The notes beneath the pieces are model-generated. The model was not told the origin of the DNA. It saw nothing but the letters and a program-made list of their open reading frames with translations, and did no database searches. The position numbers were made by a program, and so were the translations under genes. A stretch of 42,844 bases of DNA from a virus: the UHGV virus genome UHGV-0158128. One strand, 5' to 3'. Each line of letters opens with the position of its first letter. The first letter of the stretch is position 1. Below, in pieces: positions 20,216 to 29,585 of the stretch.

Positions 20216-22038
20216 TGGTAGTAGATAATTTTTCAAAAGATGATAACTTAATCGAGTTAAAAACAACATCACAATATAATCCAGTTATTGACACAAACAT
20301 CAGTTTCTATGAATCAGATAGAGGAACTGGTGTTTTAAATTTTGCAGTAACTAAGAATAACAGACCGTTATCTATAAGTTCTGAACATGTTAAAACTTCC
20401 ATCGTGTTAAAAACCGATGATTATAACGTAGATAGAGGCGCTTATATTTCAGACGAATTAACGGTAGTAGACGCAATTAATGGGCGCTTGCAATATGTGA
20501 TTCCAAATGAATTTTTAAAACATTCAGGTAAGGTACATGCTCAGGCATTCTTCACGCAACACGGGAGTAACAACGTAGTTGTTGAACGTCAATTTAGTTT
20601 CAATATTGAAAATGATTTAGTCAGTGGGTTTGATGGCATAACAAAGCTTGTTTATATCAAATCTATTCAAGATACTATCGAAGCTGTCGGTAAAGACTTT
20701 AACCAATTAAAGCAAAATATGGCTGATACACAAACGTTAATAGCAAAAGTGAATGATAGTGCGACAAAAGGCATTCAACAAATCGAAATCAAGCAAAACG
20801 AAGCTATACAAGCTATTACTGCGACTCAAACTAGTGCAACACAAGCTGTTACAGCTGAATTCAATAAAATAGTTGAAAAGGAGCAAACGATATTTGCGCG
20901 TGTCAATGAAGTTGAGCAACAAATCAATGGTGCTGACCTTGTCAAAGGCAACTCGACAGTCAATTGGCAAAAGTCTAAGATTACTGATGATTATGGCAAA
21001 GCGATTGAATCGTCTGAGCAGTCCATAGATAGCGTTTTAAGCACAGTTAACACATCTAGGATTATTCATATTACTAACGCAACAGATGCGCCAGAAAAGA
21101 CGGATATAGGCACGTTAGAGAAGCCTGGACAAGATGGTGTTGATGACGGTTCTTCGTTCGATGAATCAACTTATACATCAAGCAAATCTGGTGTGTTAGT
21201 TGTTTATGTTGTTGATAATAATACTGCTCGTGCAACATGGTACCCAGATGATTCAAACGATGAGTACACAAAATACAAAATCTACGGCACGTGGTACCCG
21301 TTTTATAAAAAGAATGATGGAAACTTAACTAAGCAATTTGTTGAAGAAATATCTAACAACGCTTTAAATCAAGCTAAACAGTATGTAGATGGTAAGTTTC
21401 AAAGTACAAGTTGGCAACAACATAAATTAACAGAACATAACGGTCAATCAATCCAAAAGAACTTATATAACGCCAAAGGTAATTTAGAAGCATTGGGCGC
21501 TGGGAATTATTACGTAACAAGTGTACCTGATTTACCAGGTATTGTTGAAAGTTACGAAGGCTACTTATCAGTATTTGTTAAAGATGATGCAAATAAGTTA
21601 TTCAACTTCACACCTTCAAACTCTAAAAAAGTTTATACACGATCAATCACCAATGGTCGATTAGATTCACAATGGGCTGCACCTAACGAACATAAAACAG
21701 CCGTGTTATTCGACGGTGCTGCAAACGGTGTAGGAACAAGGATTAATTTAACCGAAGCTTATACAAATTATGCAATTCTATTCATAAGCGGTACTTATCC
21801 AGGTGGTGTTATTGAAGCATTCAGTTTAACCTCTATACCAAATGCGATTCAATTAAGTAAAACAAATGTAGTTGACTCAGACGGTAACGGTGGTGGTAGT
21901 TATGAATGCTTAATAACTAAAGAAAGTGGTACGACGTTAAAAATCGATAACGATGTGTACCTTGATTTAGGCAGTAAAACAGGTTCTGGTGCTAATGCAA
22001 ACAGAGTTACGATAAATAAAATTGTGGGGTGGAAATAA
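20215..22038 (+). CDS. Baseplate/tail fibre protein (FibL-like)
   Basis: 607 aa. ATG overlaps the upstream stop. Gly-rich C-terminus. Confidence 0.55.
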   Translation: MVVDNFSKDDNLIELKTTSQYNPVIDTNISFYESDRGTGVLNFAVTKNNRPLSISSEHVKTSIVLKTDDYNVDRGAYISDELTVVDAINGRLQYVIPNEFLKHSGKVHAQAFFTQHGSNNVVVERQFSFNIENDLVSGFDGITKLVYIKSIQDTIEAVGKDFNQLKQNMADTQTLIAKVNDSATKGIQQIEIKQNEAIQAITATQTSATQAVTAEFNKIVEKEQTIFARVNEVEQQINGADLVKGNSTVNWQKSKITDDYGKAIESSEQSIDSVLSTVNTSRIIHITNATDAPEKTDIGTLEKPGQDGVDDGSSFDESTYTSSKSGVLVVYVVDNNTARATWYPDDSNDEYTKYKIYGTWYPFYKKNDGNLTKQFVEEISNNALNQAKQYVDGKFQSTSWQQHKLTEHNGQSIQKNLYNAKGNLEALGAGNYYVTSVPDLPGIVESYEGYLSVFVKDDANKLFNFTPSNSKKVYTRSITNGRLDSQWAAPNEHKTAVLFDGAANGVGTRINLTEAYTNYAILFISGTYPGGVIEAFSLTSIPNAIQLSKTNVVDSDGNGGGSYECLITKESGTTLKIDNDVYLDLGSKTGSGANANRVTINKIVGWK

Positions 22039-22415
22039 TGAAAATCACAGTAAACGATAAAAACGAAGTTATCGGATACGTTAATACTGGCGGATTACGC
22101 AATAGTTTAGATGTAGATGATAACAATGTGCCTATTAAATTTAAAGAAGAGTTCGAACCTAGAAAGTTTGTTTTCACTAACGGCGAAATTAAATACAATA
22201 GCAATTTCGAAAAAGAAGACGTACCGAATGCATCAAAACAACAAAGTGAATCAGATTTGAGTGATGAAGAACTTCGCGGAATGGTTGCAAGTATGCAAAT
22301 GCAGATGACGCAAGTGAACATGTTGACAATGCAATTGACGCAACAAAACGCTATGTTAACACAACAGTTGACCGAACTGAAAACTAACAAAACAAATACT
22401 GAGGGGGACGTTTAA
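22029..22415 (+). CDS. Hypothetical tail-associated protein
   Basis: 128 aa with a Q-rich coiled-coil C-terminus. Confidence 0.45.
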   Translation: MEIMKITVNDKNEVIGYVNTGGLRNSLDVDDNNVPIKFKEEFEPRKFVFTNGEIKYNSNFEKEDVPNASKQQSESDLSDEELRGMVASMQMQMTQVNMLTMQLTQQNAMLTQQLTELKTNKTNTEGDV

Positions 22416-22592
22416 ATGATGAAGATGATTTATCCAACTTTTAAAGACATTAAAACTTTTTATGTGTGGGGTTGCTATAAAAATGAGCAAATTAAGTGGT
22501 ACGTAGACATGGGTGTAATTGACAAAGAAGAATATGCATTGATCACTGGAGAAAAATATCCAGAAACAAAAGATGAAAAGTCACAGGTGTAA
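22416..22592 (+). CDS. Small conserved phage protein (58 aa)
   Basis: ATG abuts the previous stop (gtttaaATG). Read manually; below the ORF-track cutoff. Confidence 0.4.
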   Translation: MMKMIYPTFKDIKTFYVWGCYKNEQIKWYVDMGVIDKEEYALITGEKYPETKDEKSQV

Positions 22593-22632
22593 TGCTTGTG
22601 GCTTTTTAATTTAACAAAAAGTAGGTGGCGTA

Positions 22633-22932
22633 ATGTTTGGTTTTACCAAACGACATGAACAAGATTGGCGTTTAACGCGATTAGAAGAAAATGATAAGAC
22701 TATGTTTGAAAAATTCGACAGAATAGAAGATAGTCTTAGAGCGCAAGAAAAGATTTATGACAAATTAGATAGAAATTTTGAAGAATTAAAGCGCGACAAG
22801 GTAGAAGATGAAAAGAATAAAGAAAAGAATGCCAAGAATATTAGAGACATAAAAATGTGGATTCTCGGTTTGGTAGGGACTATCTTCAGTACGATCGTCA
22901 TAGCTTTACTAAGAACTATTTTTGGTATTTAA
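22633..22932 (+). CDS. Membrane-anchored coiled-coil protein (DUF2951-like)
   Basis: 99 aa with a C-terminal TM helix. Confidence 0.5.
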   Translation: MFGFTKRHEQDWRLTRLEENDKTMFEKFDRIEDSLRAQEKIYDKLDRNFEELKRDKVEDEKNKEKNAKNIRDIKMWILGLVGTIFSTIVIALLRTIFGI

Positions 22933-22946
22933 AGGAGGTGATTACC

Positions 22947-23009
22947 ATGCTTAAAGGGATTTTAGGATATAGCTTCTGGGCGTGCTTCTGGTTTGGTAAA
23001 TGTAAATAA
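22947..23009 (+). CDS. Tiny Trp/Cys-rich peptide (20 aa: MLKGILGYSFWACFWFGKCK)
   Basis: Perfect AAAGGAGGTG RBS 7 nt upstream. Followed by a UUCG-loop terminator. Confidence 0.3.
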   Translation: MLKGILGYSFWACFWFGKCK

Positions 23010-23016
23010 CAGTTAA

Positions 23017-23052
23017 GAGTCAGTGCTTCGGCACTGGCTTTTTATTTTGATT
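23017..23052 (+). terminator. Intrinsic terminator with UUCG tetraloop
   Basis: gagtcagtgc-ttcg-gcactggct followed by ttttattttg. Confidence 0.7.
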
Positions 23053-23068
23053 GAAATGAGGTGCATAC

Positions 23069-24967
23069 ATGGGATTACCTAATCCAAAGACTAGAAAGCC
23101 TACAGCTAGTGAAGTGGTTGAATGGGCGTTATATATCGCTAAAAACAAAATAGCTATTGATGTACCTGGTTCTGGAATGGGAGCACAATGCTGGGATTTA
23201 CCTAATTATTTACTCGATAAATATTGGGGGTTTAGAACATGGGGAAATGCTGATGCTATGGCTCAAAAATCCAATTATAGAGGTAGAGATTTCAAGATAA
23301 TTAGAAATACAAAAGATTTTGTACCACAACCAGGCGACTGGGGTGTTTGGACTGGTGGTTGGGCAGGACATGTAAACATTGTAGTGGGACCATGCACAAA
23401 AGACTATTGGTATGGCGTAGATCAAAACTGGTATACAAATAACGCAACAGGAAGTCCGCCATATAAAATTAAGCACTCTTATCATGATGGACCAGGTGGA
23501 GGGGTTAAATATTTTGTTAGACCACCATATCATCCGGAGAAATCTACGCCGGCACCTAAACCCGAAGATGATAGTGATGATAACGAAAAAAATAATAAAA
23601 AAGTTCCAATTTGGAAAGATGTAACAACTATAAAGTACACAATTTCTAGCCAAGAAGTTAATTATCCGGAATATATTTATCACTTTATAGTAGAGGGTAA
23701 TCGACGACTCGAAAAACCTAAAGGGATAATGATTAGAAATGCTCAAACAATGAGTTCAGTAGAAAATTTATATAACAGTAGGAAGAAATACAAACAAGAT
23801 GTGGAATATCCCCACTTTTATGTTGATAGACATAATATTTGGGCACCTAGAAGAGCTGTATTTGAAGTTCCTAATGAACCTGATTATATAGTTATAGACG
23901 TATGTGAAGATTATAGTGCGAGTAAAAATGAATTTATTTTTAATGAGATTCACGCAATGGTTGTAGCTGTAGATATGATGGCCAAATATGAGATACCTCT
24001 AAGTATTGAAAATTTAAAAGTAGACGACAGCATTTGGCGTTCTATGTTGGAACATGTTAATTGGAATATGATTGACAACGGTGTTGCCCCTAAAGATAAA
24101 TACGAAGCATTAGAAAAGGCATTACTTAATATATTTAAAAACAGAGAAAAATTATTAAATTCTATAACTAAACCAACAGTAACAAAATCTAGAATAAAAG
24201 TTATGGTAGATAATAAAAACGCTGATATAGCGAATGTAAGAGACTCATCACCAACAGCTAACAATGGCTCGGCATCTAAACAACCGCAGATTATAACTGA
24301 AACGAGCCCTTATACATTCAAACAAGCACTGGATAAACAAATGGCAAGAGGTAACCCGAAAAAATCTAATGCTTGGGGCTGGGCTAACGCTACACGAGCT
24401 CAAACGGGCTCGGCAATGAATGTTAAACGAATATGGGAAAGTAACACGCAGTGCTACCAAATGCTTAATTTAGGCAAGTATCAAGGCGTTTCAGTTAGTT
24501 CGCTTAATAAGATACTTAAAGGTAAGGGGACATTGAATAATCAAGGTAAAGCGTTCGCAGAAGCTTGTAAAAAGCACAACATTAATGAAATTTATTTAAT
24601 CGCGCATGCTTTCTTAGAAAGTGGATATGGAACAAGTAACTTCGCTAACGGAAAAGATGGAGTATACAACTACTTCGGCATTGGCGCTTACGACAACAAT
24701 CCTAACTACGCAATGACGTTTGCTAGGAATAAAGGTTGGACATCTCCAGCAAAAGCAATCATGGGCGGTGCTAGCTTCGTAAGAAAGGATTACATCAACA
24801 AAGGGCAAAACACATTGTACCGAATTAGATGGAATCCTAAAAATCCAGCTACACATCAATATGCTACTGCTATAGAGTGGTGCCAACATCAAGCAAGTAC
24901 AATCGCTAAGCTATATAAAAAAATCGGCTTAAAAGGTATCTACTTTATAAGAGATAAATATAAATAA
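23069..24967 (+). CDS. Virion-associated peptidoglycan hydrolase (N-terminal CHAP + C-terminal glucosaminidase/LYZ2)
   Basis: 632 aa. CHAP Cys (GAQCWDL) and His (GHVNIVVG). C-terminal AHAFLESGYGTS glucosaminidase motif. Resembles HydH5/phi11 gp49. Confidence 0.8.
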   Translation: MGLPNPKTRKPTASEVVEWALYIAKNKIAIDVPGSGMGAQCWDLPNYLLDKYWGFRTWGNADAMAQKSNYRGRDFKIIRNTKDFVPQPGDWGVWTGGWAGHVNIVVGPCTKDYWYGVDQNWYTNNATGSPPYKIKHSYHDGPGGGVKYFVRPPYHPEKSTPAPKPEDDSDDNEKNNKKVPIWKDVTTIKYTISSQEVNYPEYIYHFIVEGNRRLEKPKGIMIRNAQTMSSVENLYNSRKKYKQDVEYPHFYVDRHNIWAPRRAVFEVPNEPDYIVIDVCEDYSASKNEFIFNEIHAMVVAVDMMAKYEIPLSIENLKVDDSIWRSMLEHVNWNMIDNGVAPKDKYEALEKALLNIFKNREKLLNSITKPTVTKSRIKVMVDNKNADIANVRDSSPTANNGSASKQPQIITETSPYTFKQALDKQMARGNPKKSNAWGWANATRAQTGSAMNVKRIWESNTQCYQMLNLGKYQGVSVSSLNKILKGKGTLNNQGKAFAEACKKHNINEIYLIAHAFLESGYGTSNFANGKDGVYNYFGIGAYDNNPNYAMTFARNKGWTSPAKAIMGGASFVRKDYINKGQNTLYRIRWNPKNPATHQYATAIEWCQHQASTIAKLYKKIGLKGIYFIRDKYK

Positions 24968-24979
24968 AGAGGTGTATAA

Positions 24980-26152
24980 ATGTACAAAATAAAAGATGTT
25001 GAAACGAGAATAAAAAATGATGGTGTTGACTTAGGTGACATTGGCTGTCGATTTTACACTGAAGATGAAAATACAGCATCTATAAGAATAGGTATCAATG
25101 ACAAACAAGGTCGTATCGATCTAAAAGCACACGGCTTAACACCTAGATTACATTTGTTTATGGAAGATGGCTCTATATTCAAAAATGAGCCCCTTATTAT
25201 CGATGATGTTGTAAAAGGATTCATTACCTACAAGATACCTAAAAAGGTTATCAAACACGCTGGTTATGTTCGCTGTAAGCTGTTTTTAGAGAAAGAAGAA
25301 GAAAAAATACATGTCGCGAACTTTTCTTTCAATATCGTTGATAGTGGTATTGAATCTGCTGTAGCAAAAGAAATCGATGTTAAATTGGTAGATGATGCTA
25401 TTACGAGAATCTTAAAAGATAACGCGACAGATTTATTGAACAAAGACTTTAAAGAGAAAATAGATAAAGATGTCATTTCTTACATCGAAAAGAATGAAAG
25501 TAGATTTAAAGGTGCGAAAGGTGATAAAGGCGAACCGGGACAACCTGGTGCAAAAGGTGAAGCAGGTAAAAAAGGAGAACAAGGCGCACCCGGTAAAAAC
25601 GGTACTGTAGTATCAATCAATCCTGACACTAAAATGTGGCAAATTGACGGTAAAGATACAGATATCAAAGCAGAACCTGAGTTATTGGATAAAATCAATA
25701 TCGCAAATGTTGAAGGGTTAGAAGATAAATTGCAAGAAGTTAAAAAAATCCAAGATACAACTCTCAACGACTCTAAAACGTATACGGATTCAAAAATTGC
25801 TGAACTAGTTGATAGCGCGCCTGAATCTATGAACACATTAAGAGAATTAGCAGAAGCAATACAAAACAACTCTATTTCAGAAAGTGTATTGCAACAGATT
25901 GGCTCAAAAGTTAGTGCAGAAGATTTTGAGGAATTCAAACAAACACTAAATGATTTATACGCTCCAAAAAATCATAATCATGACGAGCGGTATGTTTTGT
26001 CATCTCAAGCTTTTACTAAACAACAAGCGGATAATTTATATCAACTAAAAAGCGCATCTCAACCGACGGTTAAAATTTGGACAGGAACAGAAAATGAATA
26101 TAACTATATATATCAAAAAGACCCTAATACACTTTACTTAATTAAGGGGTGA
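24980..26152 (+). CDS. Tail fibre with collagen-like G-X-Y repeat (FibU-like)
   Basis: 390 aa with 10 consecutive Gly-X-Y triplets (GAKGDKGEPGQPGAKGEAGKKGEQGAPGKNG). Confidence 0.65.
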   Translation: MYKIKDVETRIKNDGVDLGDIGCRFYTEDENTASIRIGINDKQGRIDLKAHGLTPRLHLFMEDGSIFKNEPLIIDDVVKGFITYKIPKKVIKHAGYVRCKLFLEKEEEKIHVANFSFNIVDSGIESAVAKEIDVKLVDDAITRILKDNATDLLNKDFKEKIDKDVISYIEKNESRFKGAKGDKGEPGQPGAKGEAGKKGEQGAPGKNGTVVSINPDTKMWQIDGKDTDIKAEPELLDKINIANVEGLEDKLQEVKKIQDTTLNDSKTYTDSKIAELVDSAPESMNTLRELAEAIQNNSISESVLQQIGSKVSAEDFEEFKQTLNDLYAPKNHNHDERYVLSSQAFTKQQADNLYQLKSASQPTVKIWTGTENEYNYIYQKDPNTLYLIKG

Positions 26153-26553
26153 TTTTTATGGAAGGTAATTTTAAAAATGTAAAGAAACTTATTTACGAAG
26201 GCGAAGAATATACAAAAGTATATGCTGGAAATATCCAAGTATGGAAAAAGCCTTCATATTTTGTAATAAAACCCTTACCTAAAAATAAATATCCGGATAG
26301 CATAGAAGAATCAACAGCAAAATGGACAATAAATGGAGTTGAACCTAATAAAAGTTATCAGGTGACAATAGAAAATGTACGTAGCGGTATAATGAGGATT
26401 TCGCAAACTAATTTAGGTTCAAGTGAATTAGGAATATCAGGAGTCAATAGCGGAGTTGCAAGTAAAAATATCAACTTTAGTAATCCTTCGGGGACGTTGT
26501 ATGTCACTATAAGTGATGTTTATTCAGGATCTCCGACATTGACCATTGAATAA
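26149..26553 (+). CDS. Hypothetical protein
   Basis: 134 aa with an overlapping start. Confidence 0.45.
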   Translation: MIFMEGNFKNVKKLIYEGEEYTKVYAGNIQVWKKPSYFVIKPLPKNKYPDSIEESTAKWTINGVEPNKSYQVTIENVRSGIMRISQTNLGSSELGISGVNSGVASKNINFSNPSGTLYVTISDVYSGSPTLTIE

Positions 26554-26608
26554 TTTTAAACGACTAATTTTTAGTCGTTTTTTTATTTTGGATAAAAGGA
26601 GCAAACAA

Positions 26609-27046
26609 ATGGATATTAACTGGAAATTGAGATTCAAAAACAAAGCAGTACTAACTAGTTTAGTTGGAGCATTGTTGCTATTTATCAAGCAAGTCACGGA
26701 TTTATTCGGATTAGATTTATCTACTCAATTAAATCAAGCTAGCGCAATTATAGGCGCTATCCTCACGTTACTTACAGGTATTGGCGTTATTACTGACCCA
26801 ACGTCAAAAGGCGTCTCAGATTCATCTATAGCACAGACATATCAAGCGCCTAGAGATAGCGATAAAGAAGAACAACAAGTTACGTGGAAATCATCACAAG
26901 ACAGCAGTTTAACGCCGGAATTAAGCACGAAAGCACCAAAAGAATATGATACATCACAACCTTTCACAGACGCCTCTAACGATGTTGGCTTTGATGTGAA
27001 TGAGTATCATCATGGAGGTGGCGACAATGCAAGCAAAACTAACTAA
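26609..27046 (+). CDS. Holin
   Basis: 145 aa from ATG 26609 (AAAGGAG RBS). Two TM helices and a charged C-terminus. Overlaps the endolysin start. Confidence 0.8.
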   Translation: MDINWKLRFKNKAVLTSLVGALLLFIKQVTDLFGLDLSTQLNQASAIIGAILTLLTGIGVITDPTSKGVSDSSIAQTYQAPRDSDKEEQQVTWKSSQDSSLTPELSTKAPKEYDTSQPFTDASNDVGFDVNEYHHGGGDNASKTN

Positions 27047-28472
27047 AAAAGAGTTTATAGAGTGGTTGAAAACATCTGAGGGAAAACAATATAATGCGGA
27101 CGGATGGTATGGATTTCAATGCTTTGACTATGCCAATGCAGGTTGGCAAGTCTTATTTGGCTACAACTTAAAAGGTGTAGGTGCCAAAGACATCCCAAGT
27201 GCTAATGATTTTAACGGACTAGCTACTGTATACCAAAATACACCAGACTTCTTAGCGCAACCTGGCGACATGGTTGTATTCGGTAGTAATTATGGTGCAG
27301 GATACGGTCATGTTGCATGGGTAATTGAAGCAACTTTAGATTATATCATTGTATATGAGCAGAATTGGCTCGGCGGTGGCTGGACAGACGGTGTACAACA
27401 ACCTGGCTCTGGTTGGGAAAAAGTTACAAGACGCCAACACGCTTACGACTTCCCTATGTGGTTTATCCGTCCTAACTTCAAAAGCGAAACAGCTCCACGA
27501 TCAGTACAATCTCCTACGCAAGCATCTAAAAAGGAAACGGCTAAGCCACAACCTAAAGCGGTAGAACTTAAAATCATCAAAGATGTGGTTAAAGGTTATG
27601 ACCTACCTAAGCGTGGTAGTAACCCTAAGTTTATAGTTATTCACAACGACGCAGGAAGCAAAGGAGCAACAGCAGAAGCATATCGTAATGGATTAGTTAA
27701 CGCGCCATTATCGAGACTAGAGGCAGGTATTGCGCATAGTTACGTATCAGGTAACACAGTTTGGCAAGCCTTAGATGAATCTCAAGTAGGTTGGCATACA
27801 GCGAATCAAATAGGTAATAAATATGGTTACGGTATTGAAGTGTGTCAATCAATGGGAGCAGATAATGCGACGTTTTTAAAAAATGAACAGGCGACTTTCC
27901 AAGAATGTGCTAGATTGTTGAAAAAATGGGGATTACCAGCAAACCGTAACACAATCCGATTACACAACGAATTCACTTCAACATCATGCCCACACAGAAG
28001 CTCAGTATTGCACACTGGTTTTGATCCAGTAACTCGCGGTCTATTGCCAGAAGACAAGCGGTTGCAACTTAAAGACTACTTTATCAAGCAGATTAGGGCG
28101 TACATGGATGGTAAAATACCGGTTGCCACTGTCTCTAATGAGTCAAGCGCTTCAAGTAATACAGTTAAACCAGTTGCAAGTGCATGGAAACGTAATAAAT
28201 ATGGTACTTACTACATGGAAGAAAGTGCTAGATTCACAAACGGCAATCAACCAATCACAGTAAGAAAAGTGGGGCCATTCTTATCTTGTCCAGTGGGTTA
28301 TCAGTTCCAACCTGGTGGATATTGTGATTATACAGAAGTGATGTTACAAGATGGTCATGTTTGGGTAGGATATACATGGGAGGGGCAACGTTATTACTTG
28401 CCTATTAGAACATGGAATGGTTCTGCCCCACCTAATCAGATATTGGGTGACTTATGGGGAGAAATCAGTTAG
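27027..28472 (+). CDS. lytA: Endolysin (CHAP + amidase_2 + SH3b)
   Basis: 481 aa from ATG 27027, the size of phi11 LytA. CHAP Cys/His, [10 protein letters not shown] amidase motif and an SH3b-like C-terminus. Confidence 0.9.
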   Translation: MQAKLTKKEFIEWLKTSEGKQYNADGWYGFQCFDYANAGWQVLFGYNLKGVGAKDIPSANDFNGLATVYQNTPDFLAQPGDMVVFGSNYGAGYGHVAWVIEATLDYIIVYEQNWLGGGWTDGVQQPGSGWEKVTRRQHAYDFPMWFIRPNFKSETAPRSVQSPTQASKKETAKPQPKAVELKIIKDVVKGYDLPKRGSNPKFIVIHNDAGSKGATAEAYRNGLVNAPLSRLEAGIAHSYVSGNTVWQALDESQVGWHTANQIGNKYGYGIEVCQSMGADNATFLKNEQATFQECARLLKKWGLPANRNTIRLHNEFTSTSCPHRSSVLHTGFDPVTRGLLPEDKRLQLKDYFIKQIRAYMDGKIPVATVSNESSASSNTVKPVASAWKRNKYGTYYMEESARFTNGNQPITVRKVGPFLSCPVGYQFQPGGYCDYTEVMLQDGHVWVGYTWEGQRYYLPIRTWNGSAPPNQILGDLWGEIS

Positions 28473-28495
28473 AATGACATAGTCATGTCTATTTG

Positions 28496-28526
28496 AGCAG
28501 GTGCGTTACATACCTGCTTTCTATTT
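28496..28526 (+). terminator. Intrinsic terminator after the endolysin
   Basis: agcaggt-gcgttacat-acctgct followed by ttctattt. Confidence 0.55.
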
Positions 28527-28601
28527 ACATTTAAAGATAAAATGTGCTATTATTTTACTAGAACTTTTTAACATTTCTCTCAAGATTTAAATGTAGATAA
28601 C

Positions 28602-28632
28602 AGGCAGGTACTACGGTACTTGCCTATTTTTT
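28602..28632 (+). terminator. Second, stronger intrinsic terminator
   Basis: aggcaggtac-tacg-gtacttgcct followed by attttttat. Confidence 0.65.
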
Positions 28633-28652
28633 ATGCAAATTTAAAAAAACAC

Positions 28653-28681
28653 TTGCTTAATAAACAATTGTTTAGTATAAT
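28653..28681 (+). promoter_or_regulatory. Sigma-A promoter TTGCTT-17-TATAAT with perfect 14-bp palindrome TAAACAATTGTTTA in the spacer
   Basis: -35 at 28653-28658, -10 at 28676-28681. Palindrome at 28661-28674. Confidence 0.55.
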
Positions 28682-28738
28682 TATATTTGTAGGTTAGTTG
28701 ATGACTTACAAATTATGTGTAAGGAGGTGAAAAGCCTC

Positions 28739-28867
28739 ATGCTAGACATAATAAAAACACTTCTAGAACATCAAGTATTGGCAGTACTGATAATTCCAGA
28801 AGTGTTAAAACAACTTAGAGAATGGCATCTCGGCTACCTAGACCGAAAGCCAAACAACAAAGATTAA
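28739..28867 (+). CDS. Small ORF (42 aa), amphipathic/hydrophobic
   Basis: AAGGAGGTGA RBS 8 nt upstream. MLDIIKTLLEHQVLAVLIIPEVLKQLREWHLGYLDRKPNNKD. Confidence 0.3.
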   Translation: MLDIIKTLLEHQVLAVLIIPEVLKQLREWHLGYLDRKPNNKD

Positions 28868-28937
28868 CATTATGCTTGGAGCCTGATGGCTCCTCCTTAC
28901 ACTTATATAATATAATATTATTTGGAGGTTTTCAATT

Positions 28938-29048
28938 ATGACAGAACAAATGTATTTAATATTGTTTTTATTAAGCCTACCATTGTTATTATTTATCGGG
29001 AGAAAAACACATTTTTATTGTTTAGATAAAAAGAATGGACGTAGATAA
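28938..29048 (+). CDS. Tiny TM peptide (36 aa), type-I-toxin-like architecture
   Basis: GGAGG RBS 9 nt upstream. MTEQMYLILFLLSLPLLLFIGRKTHFYCLDKKNGRR has a hydrophobic helix plus a basic tail. Its stop is 1 nt before the next ATG. Confidence 0.3.
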   Translation: MTEQMYLILFLLSLPLLLFIGRKTHFYCLDKKNGRR

Positions 29049-29049
29049 T

Positions 29050-29235
29050 ATGAGTGATTATAAATTAAAAATAATTGAATTGATCAAAAGTGATATAACA
29101 GGTTACCAAATTCACAAACAAACTGGCGTAGCGCAATATGTAATTTCACAATTAAGGCAAGGAAAGCGCGAAGTAGATAACTTAACTTTAAATACAACTG
29201 AAAAACTATACAGTTACGCACGACAAGTGTTATAA
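29050..29235 (+). CDS. Small HTH (XRE-like) DNA-binding protein, translationally coupled to the upstream peptide
   Basis: 61 aa from ATG 29050. HTH segment ITGYQIHKQTGVAQYVISQLRQGK. No independent RBS. Confidence 0.5.
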   Translation: MSDYKLKIIELIKSDITGYQIHKQTGVAQYVISQLRQGKREVDNLTLNTTEKLYSYARQVL

Positions 29236-29388
29236 TATAAATGTGAAATGGTCATTCTTGAAATGACTCGGTCGCTACTGGCACAGACCGTTTAAAGTGT
29301 CACCACAACATGAACTGAGAATTCATATGACGTTGCTGACGAGCGACAAAGCTCTGTGTTCCTGAATGGGAGTAGGTTTGTGTGGTGG

Positions 29389-29507
29389 TATAATTTAGTA
29401 ACAGCATAGACTGTCTATAGCAAAGTTGCCGAAGAGATTCTAAACGTATTTATAAATACGTGGCCCTTGCTAGATAACCGCATCTTAACTGATGCGGTTA
29501 TTTTTAT
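29389..29507 (+). ncRNA. Candidate small RNA: extended -10 promoter (TGgTATAAT) to intrinsic terminator, about 105 nt
   Basis: TATAAT at 29389-29394 preceded by TG. No ORF. Internal palindrome GCATAGAC-T-GTCTATAGC. Terminator ataaccgcatc-ttaact-gatgcggttat followed by ttttat at 29474-29507. Confidence 0.25.
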
Positions 29508-29585
29508 CCCCACACAACCAACAAAACCACACCACCTATTAATTTAGGAGTGTGGTTGTTTTAATATGTGAAGCTAAAATAACTA

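Noticed and set aside
23210-24892. Minus-strand ORFs inside the CHAP-glucosaminidase gene (23210..23746, 23950..24264, 24248..24460, 24614..24892) and inside the fibre gene (25480..25938)
   Set aside because: Antisense shadows of well-supported coding sequence. No RBS, and the amino-acid composition is Ile/Phe/Ser-rich junk typical of reverse-strand reading of AT-rich genes.
29236-29500. Possible tRNA or tmRNA-like structure near attP (phage att sites often overlap tRNA genes)
   Set aside because: No 7-bp acceptor stem with a T-loop GTTCNANNC or a D-loop consensus could be folded. The region is better explained as a promoter-to-terminator sRNA candidate.
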